64,000 nt of DNA, from contig MNXP01000021.1 of assembly GCA_001872625.1 (NCBI GenBank), forward strand, positions 2,052 to 66,051, read 5' to 3'. A program made the translations under genes and the position numbers. The stretch is from Bacteroidetes bacterium CG2_30_33_31. GTDB taxonomy: Bacteria; Bacteroidota; Bacteroidia; Bacteroidales; UBA1556. Position 1 is the first letter of the stretch, and each line of letters opens with the position of its first letter. The notes under the pieces are model-generated. The model was not told the origin of the DNA, ran no database searches, and saw nothing but the letters and a program-made list of their open reading frames with translations. Shown here one piece after another: positions 40,953 to 51,764 of this stretch.

Positions 40953-42203
40953 ATGACAGCAAAGGATGTTGAAATAATGTCGCCAGTAGGCTCTTATGAA
41001 ATGCTTATGGCTGCATTTCAAGGCGGAGCTAATTCAGTATATTTTGGTATTGGTAATTTGAATATGAGATCAAAATCTTCTAAAAATTTTGGTCTTGAAG
41101 ATATGAAAAAAATTGCTGAAATGTGCATTGAAAAGGGTGTGAAATCATATATCACACTAAACACTATTGTTTATGATAAGGAGCTTCAAGATATGAAAGT
41201 GATAGTAGATGCTGCCAAGAAAAATAATATTTCTGCTATTATTGCTTCCGATATCTCAGTTATACAATACGCTTATTCGCAAGGAGTTGAAGTTCATATT
41301 TCAACTCAAAGTAATGTAACTAATATTGAAGCCGTTAGATTTTATTCTCATTTTGCCGATGTTATGGTTACCGCACGTGAGCTGAATTTGGTTCAGGTAA
41401 AAGATATAATTGACACCATTGAAAAGGAAAATATAAGAGGTCCAAAAGGTGATTTAGTAAGAATTGAGGTTTTTGCTCACGGAGCACTCTGTATGGCGGT
41501 TTCTGGCAAATGTTACATAAGCCTCGATTTGATGAATTCTTCGGCAAATCGTGGTGCTTGTTTGCAAGCTTGCCGTCGCCCTTATAAAGTTACCGACAAA
41601 GATGGTGGATTGGAGATGGAAGTAGATAATGAGTATATCATGTCTCCAGAAGATCTCAAAACAGTTGATTTTATTGATAAAATATTATATGCTGGTGTTA
41701 GGGTTTTGAAGATAGAAGGGCGAGGTAGAAATCCAGAATATGTAAAAAAAGTAACTGCTACTTATAGAGCTGCCGTTGATGCTTATTTTGCTGGTGAATA
41801 TTCTCAGGAAAATATCTTAAAATGGAATCAGGAACTTGCATCTGTTTACAATAGAGGCTTCTGGGATGGTTATTATCTGGGGCGTAAAACTGGTGAATGG
41901 ACTAAACTTTATGGCTCGCGCGCAACAAAGAAGAAAGTATATATTGGTAAAGTTACTAATTTTTTTAAGAATCTTAATGTAGCCGAAATAACCATGGAAT
42001 CTCATGATTTGAATCTGGGCGATGAAATATATGCAATTGGCTCTTTAACTGGGGTTTATGAGGATACTATTGACGAAATGAGGCTTGATTTAATTGCCGT
42101 AGATAAAGTAAAAAAAGGAGATGTATTTTCTTTTAAATCTAAATCATTATTAAGAAGAAATGATAAAATTTATAAACTCATTGCTGTAGAGGAAATTCTT
42201 TAA
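40953..42203 (+). CDS. Peptidase U32 family protein (TrhP/RlhA-like RNA hydroxylase)
   Basis: HGALCMAVSGKC, NRGACLQACR, KIEGR. Confidence 0.88.
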   Translation: MTAKDVEIMSPVGSYEMLMAAFQGGANSVYFGIGNLNMRSKSSKNFGLEDMKKIAEMCIEKGVKSYITLNTIVYDKELQDMKVIVDAAKKNNISAIIASDISVIQYAYSQGVEVHISTQSNVTNIEAVRFYSHFADVMVTARELNLVQVKDIIDTIEKENIRGPKGDLVRIEVFAHGALCMAVSGKCYISLDLMNSSANRGACLQACRRPYKVTDKDGGLEMEVDNEYIMSPEDLKTVDFIDKILYAGVRVLKIEGRGRNPEYVKKVTATYRAAVDAYFAGEYSQENILKWNQELASVYNRGFWDGYYLGRKTGEWTKLYGSRATKKKVYIGKVTNFFKNLNVAEITMESHDLNLGDEIYAIGSLTGVYEDTIDEMRLDLIAVDKVKKGDVFSFKSKSLLRRNDKIYKLIAVEEIL

Positions 42204-42218
42204 TATTAAAAACACCAT

Positions 42219-42251
42219 AAAAAAAGGTCGGCATTTATTGCCGACCTACTT
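42219..42251. terminator. Bidirectional terminator
   Basis: AGGTCGGCA-TTTAT-TGCCGACCT between convergent genes. Confidence 0.8.
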
Positions 42252-42258
42252 TGCTTAA

Positions 42259-42648
42259 TTAAAAAGAAAGTTTTGCTCTCATTTGCTCAGCTCTTTCGCG
42301 ATAGCGATTCAGCTGCTCTTTCTCAGGATCTATGCCTTTTGGACGCGCTTTTATACTCATATTATATTCGTCATTACGAAACAACATAAACTGGCAAATA
42401 CGTTTGTATGCTTCTCTTTGGTCAAAAGATGGAAATTGCTTCAACTCATTAACAACTTTATCAGTAAAGCCATCTTTGTCTGCTTCCCAAATTCTTAAAA
42501 CTTCCTTGCGTTCACTTCCAGACATGTTAAAATCGTGATCAAAAACTTTGTCCACCCATTTGCGTTCTCTTTTGTCAACTTCACCGTCAACGGCAGCAAT
42601 AGCCACCATTCCAGCATAAATGATTTGTTTAAAATTAAATTCAGCCAT
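42259..42648 (-). CDS. TerB-like protein
   Basis: AIAAVDGEVDKRE motif. Confidence 0.65.
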   Translation of the reverse strand: MAEFNFKQIIYAGMVAIAAVDGEVDKRERKWVDKVFDHDFNMSGSERKEVLRIWEADKDGFTDKVVNELKQFPSFDQREAYKRICQFMLFRNDEYNMSIKARPKGIDPEKEQLNRYRERAEQMRAKLSF

Positions 42649-42801
42649 AATTATACGTTTAATTGGTTTTTCAAAAATTTCATGATTTGTAAAAATAATA
42701 CAATTATCAAAGTTTGCAATTTTTTTTTTAAAAAAGCTTATTTTTTATATTGCAATCTCATTTATACTAACTTTGCTTAGACTTTTTTAAAATCTATAAT
42801 A

Positions 42802-43524
42802 TTGAAATTCAGAGTTATAATTATAATTTACCTTGCTTTTATAAGCTTTTTTGGTTACTCCCAAAAGAAGAATAGTTACGAGCAAAATATAAAAATGTTT
42901 ACCGCCGACAAGATTTTAATAGCCATAAATTTCCTTAAATGGCAAAATTTGCCGTCAAAAATTGCATTGAAGGGCATAAATCGTGGATTTTATTTTGCAT
43001 ATTTCTACGATCAGCCTTTGGGAGGAAGTCGATTTAGTTTGGCTCTTGGAACTTCTTTGAATTCTAATAATATTTTCTCTAATTCAATTCCAAAATTTCT
43101 TGTTGATTCCAGCAGCAATTCAAATTATACTGATTTTGTTGGGCTCGATAAATTATTTAATAAACCCTATTCTTACGTTAACAATAAAATGGCATTTACT
43201 TATATCAGCATTCCTTTTGAGGTGAGATTGCGACCTGGTAAAAATGAGCAATGGCGTATTGCTGCTGGTTTTGATGCTGGATTCTTATTAAGTAGTTATG
43301 TAAAATATAATGGAGATAATGTCTTTCAGAACAAGAATGAATATATAAAATTCAAATTTTTTGGGATTCCAAATACTCTAAAATTTCGAAGTGGGGTATC
43401 ATTTCGCATGGGTTATGATAGATTTACTTTGAGGTTTTATTATCCATTAACTACTGTATTTCAAAAAGATAAAGGCCCACAGATTTTCCCTATCGAGATT
43501 GGCTTATCGCTGATGGTTTTTTAG
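42802..43524 (+). CDS. Outer-membrane beta-barrel (PorT/OmpA-like)
   Basis: Signal peptide, YISIPFEVRLR, C-terminal F. Confidence 0.7.
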   Translation: MKFRVIIIIYLAFISFFGYSQKKNSYEQNIKMFTADKILIAINFLKWQNLPSKIALKGINRGFYFAYFYDQPLGGSRFSLALGTSLNSNNIFSNSIPKFLVDSSSNSNYTDFVGLDKLFNKPYSYVNNKMAFTYISIPFEVRLRPGKNEQWRIAAGFDAGFLLSSYVKYNGDNVFQNKNEYIKFKFFGIPNTLKFRSGVSFRMGYDRFTLRFYYPLTTVFQKDKGPQIFPIEIGLSLMVF

Positions 43525-43527
43525 CTC

Positions 43528-44808
43528 TTAAAATAATTTTATCAATTGCTTTGTCAATTCTCTTCTCGAGTAATGTTTTCGTTTACTTGAATCTACAATT
43601 TCAGAGATGTTTTTATCTTCATAAAACTTCAGAACAGCAATTTTAAAACCTTGTAAATCTTCAAAATCTAAAATCTTTCCAGCTCCAGTTTCCTTCATAA
43701 TTTCAGTAGCATCACCATGAATATTGCCAATACCAATTATAGGCACATTACATGCTAAATATTCAAAAAACTTTCCTGAAAGCACTCCTTTTGAATTCGG
43801 CGTATTATTAAGAGGAAGATAGAGTAAATTTGCTGCAAATAAATGCCTAATAATTTGATTGTGTGGAATATATTTGATTATTTCAATTTTATGAGTAAGT
43901 TGGTATTTTTCGATATCATCATATACTGAATAATCTAATTTGCCAACAAAAATTATACGCAAATCTTTTTCAAATGCCATATTTTCGGCACATAATTCTT
44001 TCAAACCTTTCCAAAAAATATCATGATTTCTGTCGGAATTTATTGATCCTACATGAACAATTGTAAATCCAGATTCCTTCATGGAATTTTGATTTATAAA
44101 GTCATCTTCATCAAATCCGTTAGTAATTATTTTGACTTCTCTTCGGCTAATATTTTCTAACTCAAGACCAATAGTTTTACCAATGGTGATTACTTCGTCA
44201 GCATTTTTTAGGATTTCTTTTTCAAGTCGATGATGCTTTTTATCAGCTAATTTTGTGAGCATAAGGTCTTTGTAGAAATCAATATTTGTCCAAGGATCGC
44301 GAAAATCCGCTATCCATTTAATATCTAATTTCTTTTTCAACGCGTCAGCTATCAAATGCATACTGTGGGGAGGTCCAGTGGAAACAACTACTTTTATATC
44401 ATTTTCTTTAATATAGTGGGCAAGAAATTTAATTGATGGTTTCACCCATAAAACTCTTGCGTCAGGAATAAAAAAATTTCCTCTAAGCCATACAGAAATT
44501 GTCTCTGAAATTTTTTTTCTTGAATCTTTTTCTTCAGAAAGAAATCCAGCGTTTACATTTCCTTTTTTACCTGTAAATTTTTTATATAGGCTGTAAGGTT
44601 CAAAAATCTTACGTTTGATTATTACCGCTTCTTTGGGAATATCTTTTTCAAGAGATAAATCTAAAGCTGGTGCCTCTGGATTTTCGGGTGTATAAATATG
44701 AGGTTCCCAACCAAACTCGGGTAAATATTTGGCAAACTTAAGCCAGCGCTGTACTCCAGCTCCTCCACTTGGTGGCCAATAATATGTTATGATTAGAACT
44801 TTCTGCAA
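43528..44808 (-). CDS. Glycosyltransferase family 4
   Basis: YYWPPSGGAGVQRW, TGPPHS, DFRDPW, GKFFEY. Confidence 0.9.
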   Translation of the reverse strand: MQKVLIITYYWPPSGGAGVQRWLKFAKYLPEFGWEPHIYTPENPEAPALDLSLEKDIPKEAVIIKRKIFEPYSLYKKFTGKKGNVNAGFLSEEKDSRKKISETISVWLRGNFFIPDARVLWVKPSIKFLAHYIKENDIKVVVSTGPPHSMHLIADALKKKLDIKWIADFRDPWTNIDFYKDLMLTKLADKKHHRLEKEILKNADEVITIGKTIGLELENISRREVKIITNGFDEDDFINQNSMKESGFTIVHVGSINSDRNHDIFWKGLKELCAENMAFEKDLRIIFVGKLDYSVYDDIEKYQLTHKIEIIKYIPHNQIIRHLFAANLLYLPLNNTPNSKGVLSGKFFEYLACNVPIIGIGNIHGDATEIMKETGAGKILDFEDLQGFKIAVLKFYEDKNISEIVDSSKRKHYSRRELTKQLIKLF

Positions 44809-44813
44809 ATCGT

Positions 44814-47564
44814 TTAGTCTTTCGGGCTAACTTTCTTTTTGGGCATTAAGAATTGAAATAACATAAAAGCCAATAAAAGAATTATCACAGATGAGCTTGC
44901 TAAAGAGATTTTCTTGCCAATAAAATAACTTTCTGGGTGGAACTTAAATTCTACTTGGTGCTTGCCTGCTGGAATCAACATTCCTCTTAGTATATAATTG
45001 GTTCTGAAATATTTAGATTCTTTTCCATCGATATATGCTTTCCAACCTTTGGGATAATAAATCTCAGAAAATACTGCTAATCCTACTTTTTGAGTATTGC
45101 TTTCATATTTTAAATCATTTGGCTCGTAGGATATTAATTTTATAGAAGCATTGGAGTCTTTTTGGATTGCAAAATCGCCAACAATATTTTTAAAATCATT
45201 GCCAATTACTACATCATTTCGTGCATCAAACGAAGATATAACCTGAACCCTAAACTGCTTTGCAGCTATAAGTTGTGGATTTTTTATTTCAGTTAGATTG
45301 ATAAAATCTGCTGTGGAATCTTTAGCATTTACACCAAAAATGTAAGTATGCCCTGCTTGTAAATTATATCTGCTTAATTCAATTTTTTCTACCGTGCTTT
45401 GGTCTATAGCAGAAATTATTTCTATAGGAGCTGTTAGCATCATGGTATCAACAGCATTTAAATTTCTTCCATATATTTGAAATTCAGATTTGGGTGACAG
45501 GGATTCAATTCTAATAATTTTCCCCAATGAGCTAATTTCTTGGTCAGCATTTTTGGCCCATTTAATATTATTTATAAACCAAGCATTTCCAAGAGTAGCG
45601 TAATTAGGTTGTGCTATTGGCTGTCCATCTTGCCCTTTCTGAATTATATATTTAGTATTCAGCATATTAATTACTTCCATATTGAATTTTCCAATATGAA
45701 AATCAATCAAATCTTGATAACGGCGGAATTTTGCACCATGATAACCACCTATAGATTTATGATAATAGGAGGTTGAAGCATCTTGAAATGGGTTAACAGC
45801 TAAATTTAATACTCTATAATTGGGGTCTTTATCATTAAGAATTTGAAGGTCGGCATTAGTTGGAATAAATGGCGTCTGAACAGTTTTTTCTCTTTCATAG
45901 TTCTTATCGGAGAGATATCTTGAATCTACGGGAATAATATCCACAACCATAAGGATTCCTAGGATAGCCAGGAATGCTGCTTTTGGAATCTTCTTCATAG
46001 AATAAACCCATAGCAAAGCCGCTCCAAGTAAAATAAATATAAATGAGCGCATGGCATCGGCAGTAAATACTGACTTGCGAACTTGCTGCATGGCATCAAA
46101 AACCATTTGATAATTTACTGCATTTGCTGGGTCTGATGACTGAAGACTATCGAATTGACTAACTTCAGCTTGAGATAAAAAGTTAAAAAATACACTTGGC
46201 ATAAGATAGAATAATAGGCTTAGACCTCCAGTCAATCCAAAAGCTATGAAGAAATTCTTTTTTTGTTCTTTTATTATCTCAGGCCGCTTCAATATTTCTG
46301 ATAAACCTAAGAAAGCCAACATCACCATAGTAAGTTCAGCTATTACTAATATCATAGAAACTGCTCGAAATTTATTATACGCTGGAATGTAATCGAGGAA
46401 GAAGTCGGTAAACCACATCATGTTTTTACCCCAACTTAAAAATATAGATAAAAGTGTGGCTATCAATAATATCCATTTCAATTCACTTTTAACTATAAAT
46501 ATGCTAAATATAAATAGGAAAACCAAAATAGCTCCAATATATACCGGGCCTGATGTAAAAGGTTGATCTCCCCAATAAACATTTTGTTGAGCTACAGTAC
46601 TTTGTAAATTAGGATCAACTTTCGCTATTGCTTCTTTATATTCGCCAAGATAGCCGCTTGCCCCACCTTTTGCATTGGGGATAAGCAGCGAGAAAGTTTC
46701 TGCTTTTCCATAGCTCCATTGCGTAGCATAATCTTTATCAAGCCCACTCGAAGATTTATGATTTTTATCGAAGCTCAATTCTGCTTTTCCCCTTATGGTA
46801 TATGGTGTATATTCCATAGTAGTAAGCAAATTTCCAATATTTGCTCCCACTGCTAATATTAATGCAATAACTAATATTCCGGTGGCTTTTAAAAAATTTG
46901 GAAGTGTTTTATTTTTTATCGATTTTACTAACTCAGCTATTCCTATAATTAGAATAATCAAGCCTAAATAATATGTAATCTGAGGATGATTTGCATAAAT
47001 TTCCAAACCAAGGAAAAGTGCTGACAAAATACCACCAGCTAAATATTTACCTCGATAGGTTAGAATTAGAAATGCTAATGTTGGTGCCATATAACCGATG
47101 GCAAGAGCTTTTGAATTGTGTCCAGCTTCTAATATTATTAAAAAATAAGAAGAGAATGCGAATGCTACTGCGCCAATTAGACTTAGCCAAGGATCAATTT
47201 TTAAAACTCGCATAAGAATAAAAAAGCCGAGCATATAAACGAAAAAATAATCTGCTGGACGTGGCAAACTTAGCCTGATAATTTTAGTATCGATATATTG
47301 CAATAAATTGCTGCTATATGCTACCGAAATCTGATATGCTGGCATTCCGCCAAACATTGAATTTGTCCACAATGGTTCTTCGCCCTTGTGTGAATCTCGG
47401 TAATCAGCAATCTCTTTTGACATTCCAATATGATTTTTTATATCGCTTTGTTTCATTTGTTTCCCATCAAATAAAGGATTGAAAAAGAAAAAAGTGATTA
47501 GTAAAAAAACCAATACTGCCGCAGCATCTGGCATAATCTTTTTAAAGTCAATGTTTTTTAGCAT
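44814..47564 (-). CDS. YfhO-family membrane protein (GT-C-like)
   Basis: WTNSMFGGMPAY, YWGDQPFTSGP, GYHGAK, FSEIYYPKGW. Confidence 0.88.
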   Translation of the reverse strand: MLKNIDFKKIMPDAAAVLVFLLITFFFFNPLFDGKQMKQSDIKNHIGMSKEIADYRDSHKGEEPLWTNSMFGGMPAYQISVAYSSNLLQYIDTKIIRLSLPRPADYFFVYMLGFFILMRVLKIDPWLSLIGAVAFAFSSYFLIILEAGHNSKALAIGYMAPTLAFLILTYRGKYLAGGILSALFLGLEIYANHPQITYYLGLIILIIGIAELVKSIKNKTLPNFLKATGILVIALILAVGANIGNLLTTMEYTPYTIRGKAELSFDKNHKSSSGLDKDYATQWSYGKAETFSLLIPNAKGGASGYLGEYKEAIAKVDPNLQSTVAQQNVYWGDQPFTSGPVYIGAILVFLFIFSIFIVKSELKWILLIATLLSIFLSWGKNMMWFTDFFLDYIPAYNKFRAVSMILVIAELTMVMLAFLGLSEILKRPEIIKEQKKNFFIAFGLTGGLSLLFYLMPSVFFNFLSQAEVSQFDSLQSSDPANAVNYQMVFDAMQQVRKSVFTADAMRSFIFILLGAALLWVYSMKKIPKAAFLAILGILMVVDIIPVDSRYLSDKNYEREKTVQTPFIPTNADLQILNDKDPNYRVLNLAVNPFQDASTSYYHKSIGGYHGAKFRRYQDLIDFHIGKFNMEVINMLNTKYIIQKGQDGQPIAQPNYATLGNAWFINNIKWAKNADQEISSLGKIIRIESLSPKSEFQIYGRNLNAVDTMMLTAPIEIISAIDQSTVEKIELSRYNLQAGHTYIFGVNAKDSTADFINLTEIKNPQLIAAKQFRVQVISSFDARNDVVIGNDFKNIVGDFAIQKDSNASIKLISYEPNDLKYESNTQKVGLAVFSEIYYPKGWKAYIDGKESKYFRTNYILRGMLIPAGKHQVEFKFHPESYFIGKKISLASSSVIILLLAFMLFQFLMPKKKVSPKD

Positions 47565-47575
47565 GGTAATAATTA

Positions 47576-47851
47576 TTATTCTTTAATTTCTTCGTAATCA
47601 ATATAATCGCCAAAATCGTCTTTGGACTTTTCTTGCGAATCTGGCTTCTTTTTCACATGAATCTCTCCTTCTTTCCCTCTGGATTTTTCGGGGTCGAGAT
47701 GTGGGTTTTGATCATAAAAATTTTTCTGTGCTTTTTTAACGAAATTTCTTACAAGTATTGGGAATAAGTATCTAACTATAAATTTGAATAAGTAATAAGA
47801 TATCATTAAAATAAGTAAAAATCGAAATACACCTGGTAAGCCCGCTATCAT
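47576..47851 (-). CDS. DUF4834-like small membrane protein
   Basis: N-terminal TM helix and GDYIDYEEIK C-terminus. Confidence 0.75.
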   Translation of the reverse strand: MIAGLPGVFRFLLILMISYYLFKFIVRYLFPILVRNFVKKAQKNFYDQNPHLDPEKSRGKEGEIHVKKKPDSQEKSKDDFGDYIDYEEIKE

Positions 47852-47948
47852 TTGTCCAAAATTTAATTTACCGCGAAATTATTTATTTTTCAAATATAAG
47901 CATATTAATATTTTAAAATTGATGCCTTTGTTCAAAAAAAAGCAAAGT

Positions 47949-49601
47949 TTATTTGTATTTTTTTAGCTGATTGTTTTTTACTTTAGCCATATAATTATTC
48001 ATATCTTTGAAAACTTCAGGTGCCAAAATTATCAGACCAATAATATTTGGGAAAGCCATAGATAAAATCATCATATCTGCAAAATTCATTACTGAACCCA
48101 TATTTGAAGCAGAGCCTACAACAATAAAAGCAAGAAAAATGATGAAGAAAAAATAATTCTTGGTATTTTTATTGGTGAAAAATTTATCAATAAAGTCTCC
48201 AAAAAGATAGTTAAACCCTTTTAATCCATAGTACGACCATGAAATCATAGTGGACACAGCAAATAAAATTATGGCTAATGCTAAAACATAAGGAAACCAA
48301 TTAAAAACACTTCCAAAAGCTTTTGATGTGAGTTGAGCGCCATCGAATCCTTGGGCTAATATTGGGTCGTGATAGCCAGTAAAAATAATCACTAATGCTG
48401 TCATAGTGCAAATCATGACGGTGTCCACAAATGGCTCTAAAAGAGCTACAATTCCTTCACTGACAGGCTCATTGGTTTTGACTGCCGAATGTGCAATTGA
48501 TGCTGAACCAACTCCAGATTCATTGGAAAAGGCTGCACGCTGAAATCCTACTATCAGCACTCCAATAAAGCCACCGCGAATGGCTTCAGGGTGAAATGCA
48601 CCATTGAAAATTAAAGATATTACTTCAGGGATTCTTTGATAGTTCATTCCAATTATTACAAGTGCAGCACCAACATACACAATAGCCATTAACGGAACTA
48701 ACTTTTCTGTAACCTTAGCAATTTTCTTTATGCCTCCAATAATTACAAAACCAACTAAAATAGCCATCACTATTCCAAAATAGGCACCATAACCAGCAGA
48801 AGAGGGTAGCAGCAATTCAAATTGTTGAAAAGTTTGATTAGCTTGAAACATATTTCCACCACCTATTGCAGCCCCCATAAGTAGAGTAGCATATATTATA
48901 GCAAGAGTTTTTCCAAGACCACCAAGGTTTATTTTTCCAATATTTTTAAGTTTAAGCCCTTTAGTAAGGTAGTACATTGGACCTCCAGAAACAACGCCAT
49001 TCTCATCAATATTTCTGTATTTTACTCCAAGAGTTACTTCAGTAAATTTTAATGACATACCCAAAAGCCCTGCAATAATGAGCCAAAATGTTGCCCCAGG
49101 ACCTCCAACAGTGATGGCAATTGCTACTCCAGCAATATTTCCTAAACCTACAGTACCTGATAATGCTGTTGCAAGAGCTTGAAAATGTGATACTTCTCCA
49201 GGGTCATCAGGGTTGTCATACCTTCCTCGAAGAAGACCTAAGGAATGACGAAATCCCCTAATATTTATAAATTTCATTCTTAGGGTGAAATAAAAAGCTC
49301 CCATAACAAGCCAAAAAACAATTAATGGGAAATGTTTTTCTATAGGTTTGCCATTAATATTGTGCATAGGATTTCCTTTGGTATCGCGAACAACAGGATC
49401 ATAAATTCCCACAGCTTCAAAAGGATCCCAAAATAAAATAGCTCCAATAATTTCTACTTTTGGAGCAAACCAAGCATCTATTCGAGCACTTAATTTCTGC
49501 CCTTTGGAAATCGTTGTTTTATTTTGAATTGATTTATCAGAATTGGCAAAGGTGGGCATGGCCAGAAAAATAAATATTACTGCATAAAAGATTTGTTTCA
49601 T
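47949..49601 (-). CDS. Alanine/glycine:cation symporter (AGCS)
   Basis: GTVGLGNIAGVA, GGPGA.FW, GGPMYY, FSNE.G.GS. Confidence 0.93.
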   Translation of the reverse strand: MKQIFYAVIFIFLAMPTFANSDKSIQNKTTISKGQKLSARIDAWFAPKVEIIGAILFWDPFEAVGIYDPVVRDTKGNPMHNINGKPIEKHFPLIVFWLVMGAFYFTLRMKFINIRGFRHSLGLLRGRYDNPDDPGEVSHFQALATALSGTVGLGNIAGVAIAITVGGPGATFWLIIAGLLGMSLKFTEVTLGVKYRNIDENGVVSGGPMYYLTKGLKLKNIGKINLGGLGKTLAIIYATLLMGAAIGGGNMFQANQTFQQFELLLPSSAGYGAYFGIVMAILVGFVIIGGIKKIAKVTEKLVPLMAIVYVGAALVIIGMNYQRIPEVISLIFNGAFHPEAIRGGFIGVLIVGFQRAAFSNESGVGSASIAHSAVKTNEPVSEGIVALLEPFVDTVMICTMTALVIIFTGYHDPILAQGFDGAQLTSKAFGSVFNWFPYVLALAIILFAVSTMISWSYYGLKGFNYLFGDFIDKFFTNKNTKNYFFFIIFLAFIVVGSASNMGSVMNFADMMILSMAFPNIIGLIILAPEVFKDMNNYMAKVKNNQLKKYK

Positions 49602-49796
49602 AAAATAATGTTTGATTCGATAAAAATGGATTAAACCCCGAATATTTTAGATAAAAAAATTGTCTTTGCGAAATTAATTTAGCAAAATTAGAAAATTCTA
49701 AACACAACAGTTTATATTTTAAAAATGGATTGTATTGAGTTTACATGATGGTGAAATATTTTAAAAGAAAATGCGTTCAAACATAAATAATTACTT

Positions 49797-50306
49797 GTGA
49801 AAACTTCCATCATTTCATTTATTTCGCTTTTAATAGTGGTAATATTTAGTTCTTCTGCCAACGAGGATTCTCAACTTACTGCTAATGAGCAGGCAGAAAT
49901 AATTTCAATACACAATAAATGGCGCGCCGAAGTTGGAATAGCCGGCCTTCAATGGAGTAAAGAACTTGCTTCCGAAGCTCAAAAATGGGCGAATTATCTT
50001 GCCAAATCTGGCTGTCAACTGAAGCATAGCAGCTCAAAAAATGGCGAAAATATCTATTGGAGCAGCATGGAATCAACTCCAGACGAGGTGGTTAATGATT
50101 GGGCTACCGAAAAGAAAGAATATAAAGGCGAGAAAATTAGTGTTTCTAATTATGAAAAATTCGGGCATTATACTCAGGTAGTTTGGGAAAACACAAAATT
50201 TGTCGGTTGCGGAAAAGCAAAATGTAAAGATGGTGAAGAAATTTGGGTTTGCAACTATTCGCCAGCGGGAAATTATATAGGAGAATATCCATACAAAAAA
50301 AAATAG
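49797..50306 (+). CDS. CAP/SCP (PR-1-like) secreted protein
   Basis: HNKWR, GENIYW, GHYTQVVW...VGCG, VCNYSPAGN. Confidence 0.9.
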   Translation: MKTSIISFISLLIVVIFSSSANEDSQLTANEQAEIISIHNKWRAEVGIAGLQWSKELASEAQKWANYLAKSGCQLKHSSSKNGENIYWSSMESTPDEVVNDWATEKKEYKGEKISVSNYEKFGHYTQVVWENTKFVGCGKAKCKDGEEIWVCNYSPAGNYIGEYPYKKK

Positions 50307-50416
50307 TTTTTTTTAGCTTATTGAATTGTTGGCTTTCAAATAGTTGTCATTAAATTATTTCATAAAGATTTTTATTTGCGAGTTTCAAAATTGCAAACTA
50401 TCTTTGGCGACTTTAT

Positions 50417-51568
50417 ATGACAACTGCAATATTAATATTATTTTATTTAGTTACTCCTGCTTTGATAATTCACTTTGCAGGAAAATACTTGCTTTTGAAA
50501 AAAGCTGGATCAGTATTAATTGCATATATAATAGGTCTCATTATTGGAAATTTCGGTTGCCTGCCTCAATCAGCATCAAATGTACAGGAGATGCTAATGA
50601 GCATATCTATACCTCTGGCTTTGCCTTTACTGCTTATGACTTTAAAGCTTGATAATTGGCAGAATCTTGCAAAAAAAACACTAATTTCACTTTTAACTGG
50701 TGTAGCATCAGTGATAATCGTTGTTATAATTGCCGATTTGATTTTTAGAAATTTTATTCCTGATGAATGGAAAGTATCAGGGATGCTTATTGGAAACTAC
50801 ACTGGTGGGACTCCTAATTTAGCAGCAATTAAAACGGCTCTGAATGTTGATGCCAATACTTATATGTTGACTTTTTCCTCTGATATAGTAGTATCTGCAA
50901 TTTATTTATTATTCTTGATGACTTTAGGAAAAAGATTTTTCAAGAAGATTCTGCCTTATAAATATTCTTATTCTGGTAGATTTGCACAAGAAGAAACTGT
51001 TTATTCTAATTTCGAAGATTATACTGATTTTTTCAAGAAGCATAATATTATCCCAACATTAAAGGCTTTTGGAATTTCCATATTAATTTTATTAATTGGT
51101 GGTGGAGTTTCTATGTTATCACCCGAAAGTTTAAAGCTTATTTCGGCTATATTAATTATTACTACATTAGGAATTGCAACTTCTTTTATTCCCACTTTAA
51201 GGCGAGGTCCCAAAAATTTTGAAACTGGCATGTATTTCATATTAGTTTTTAGTTTGGTGGTTTCATCTCAAGCCGATTTCAGTAAATTTACTTCAGAAGC
51301 TTTGCCAATATTTCTCAATGTAAGTTTTGTAATTTTATTTGTAATGTTAATGCATACCGCTTTTGCAAAATTTTTTAAATTAGATGCCGACACAGTTATG
51401 ATTACTTCTACAGCCTTAATTTGCTCACCACCATTTGTTCCTTTAATTGCAGGCACAATAAATAATCGTCAAATTATTGTTTCAGGGCTTACAGTTGGTT
51501 TAGTGGGCTATGCAATAGGCAATTATCTGGGAATCATGATTGGATATTCTTTAAGGTTTTGGTTCTGA
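50417..51568 (+). CDS. DUF819-family membrane protein
   Basis: YTGGTPN and GYAIGNYLG motifs, about ten TM helices. Confidence 0.8.
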   Translation: MTTAILILFYLVTPALIIHFAGKYLLLKKAGSVLIAYIIGLIIGNFGCLPQSASNVQEMLMSISIPLALPLLLMTLKLDNWQNLAKKTLISLLTGVASVIIVVIIADLIFRNFIPDEWKVSGMLIGNYTGGTPNLAAIKTALNVDANTYMLTFSSDIVVSAIYLLFLMTLGKRFFKKILPYKYSYSGRFAQEETVYSNFEDYTDFFKKHNIIPTLKAFGISILILLIGGGVSMLSPESLKLISAILIITTLGIATSFIPTLRRGPKNFETGMYFILVFSLVVSSQADFSKFTSEALPIFLNVSFVILFVMLMHTAFAKFFKLDADTVMITSTALICSPPFVPLIAGTINNRQIIVSGLTVGLVGYAIGNYLGIMIGYSLRFWF

Positions 51569-51686
51569 TTTTGTTTATTTTTCTCCATATTTTTTAAAAA
51601 TAAATTTTCTTAGCATTTCATTTTATATCAATACTAAATAAAAATATATCTGCAAATTATTTTAATATAAAATAATACCAAAATTA

Positions 51687-51717
51687 TTTGTTTCCAAAGT
51701 CTTAATATATATATTTG
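51687..51717 (+). promoter_or_regulatory. Bacteroidota -33/-7 promoter of gcvP
   Basis: TTTG-N19-TATATTTG. Confidence 0.65.
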
Positions 51718-51764
51718 CCGCCAACAAATTCACGTACTTTTTTATACATAAATGCTTAATAATC

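Noticed and set aside
51590-51764. Glycine riboswitch upstream of gcvP
   Set aside because: The leader is short and AT-rich with the promoter close to the ATG, and lacks GGAGA/GAAG aptamer motifs.
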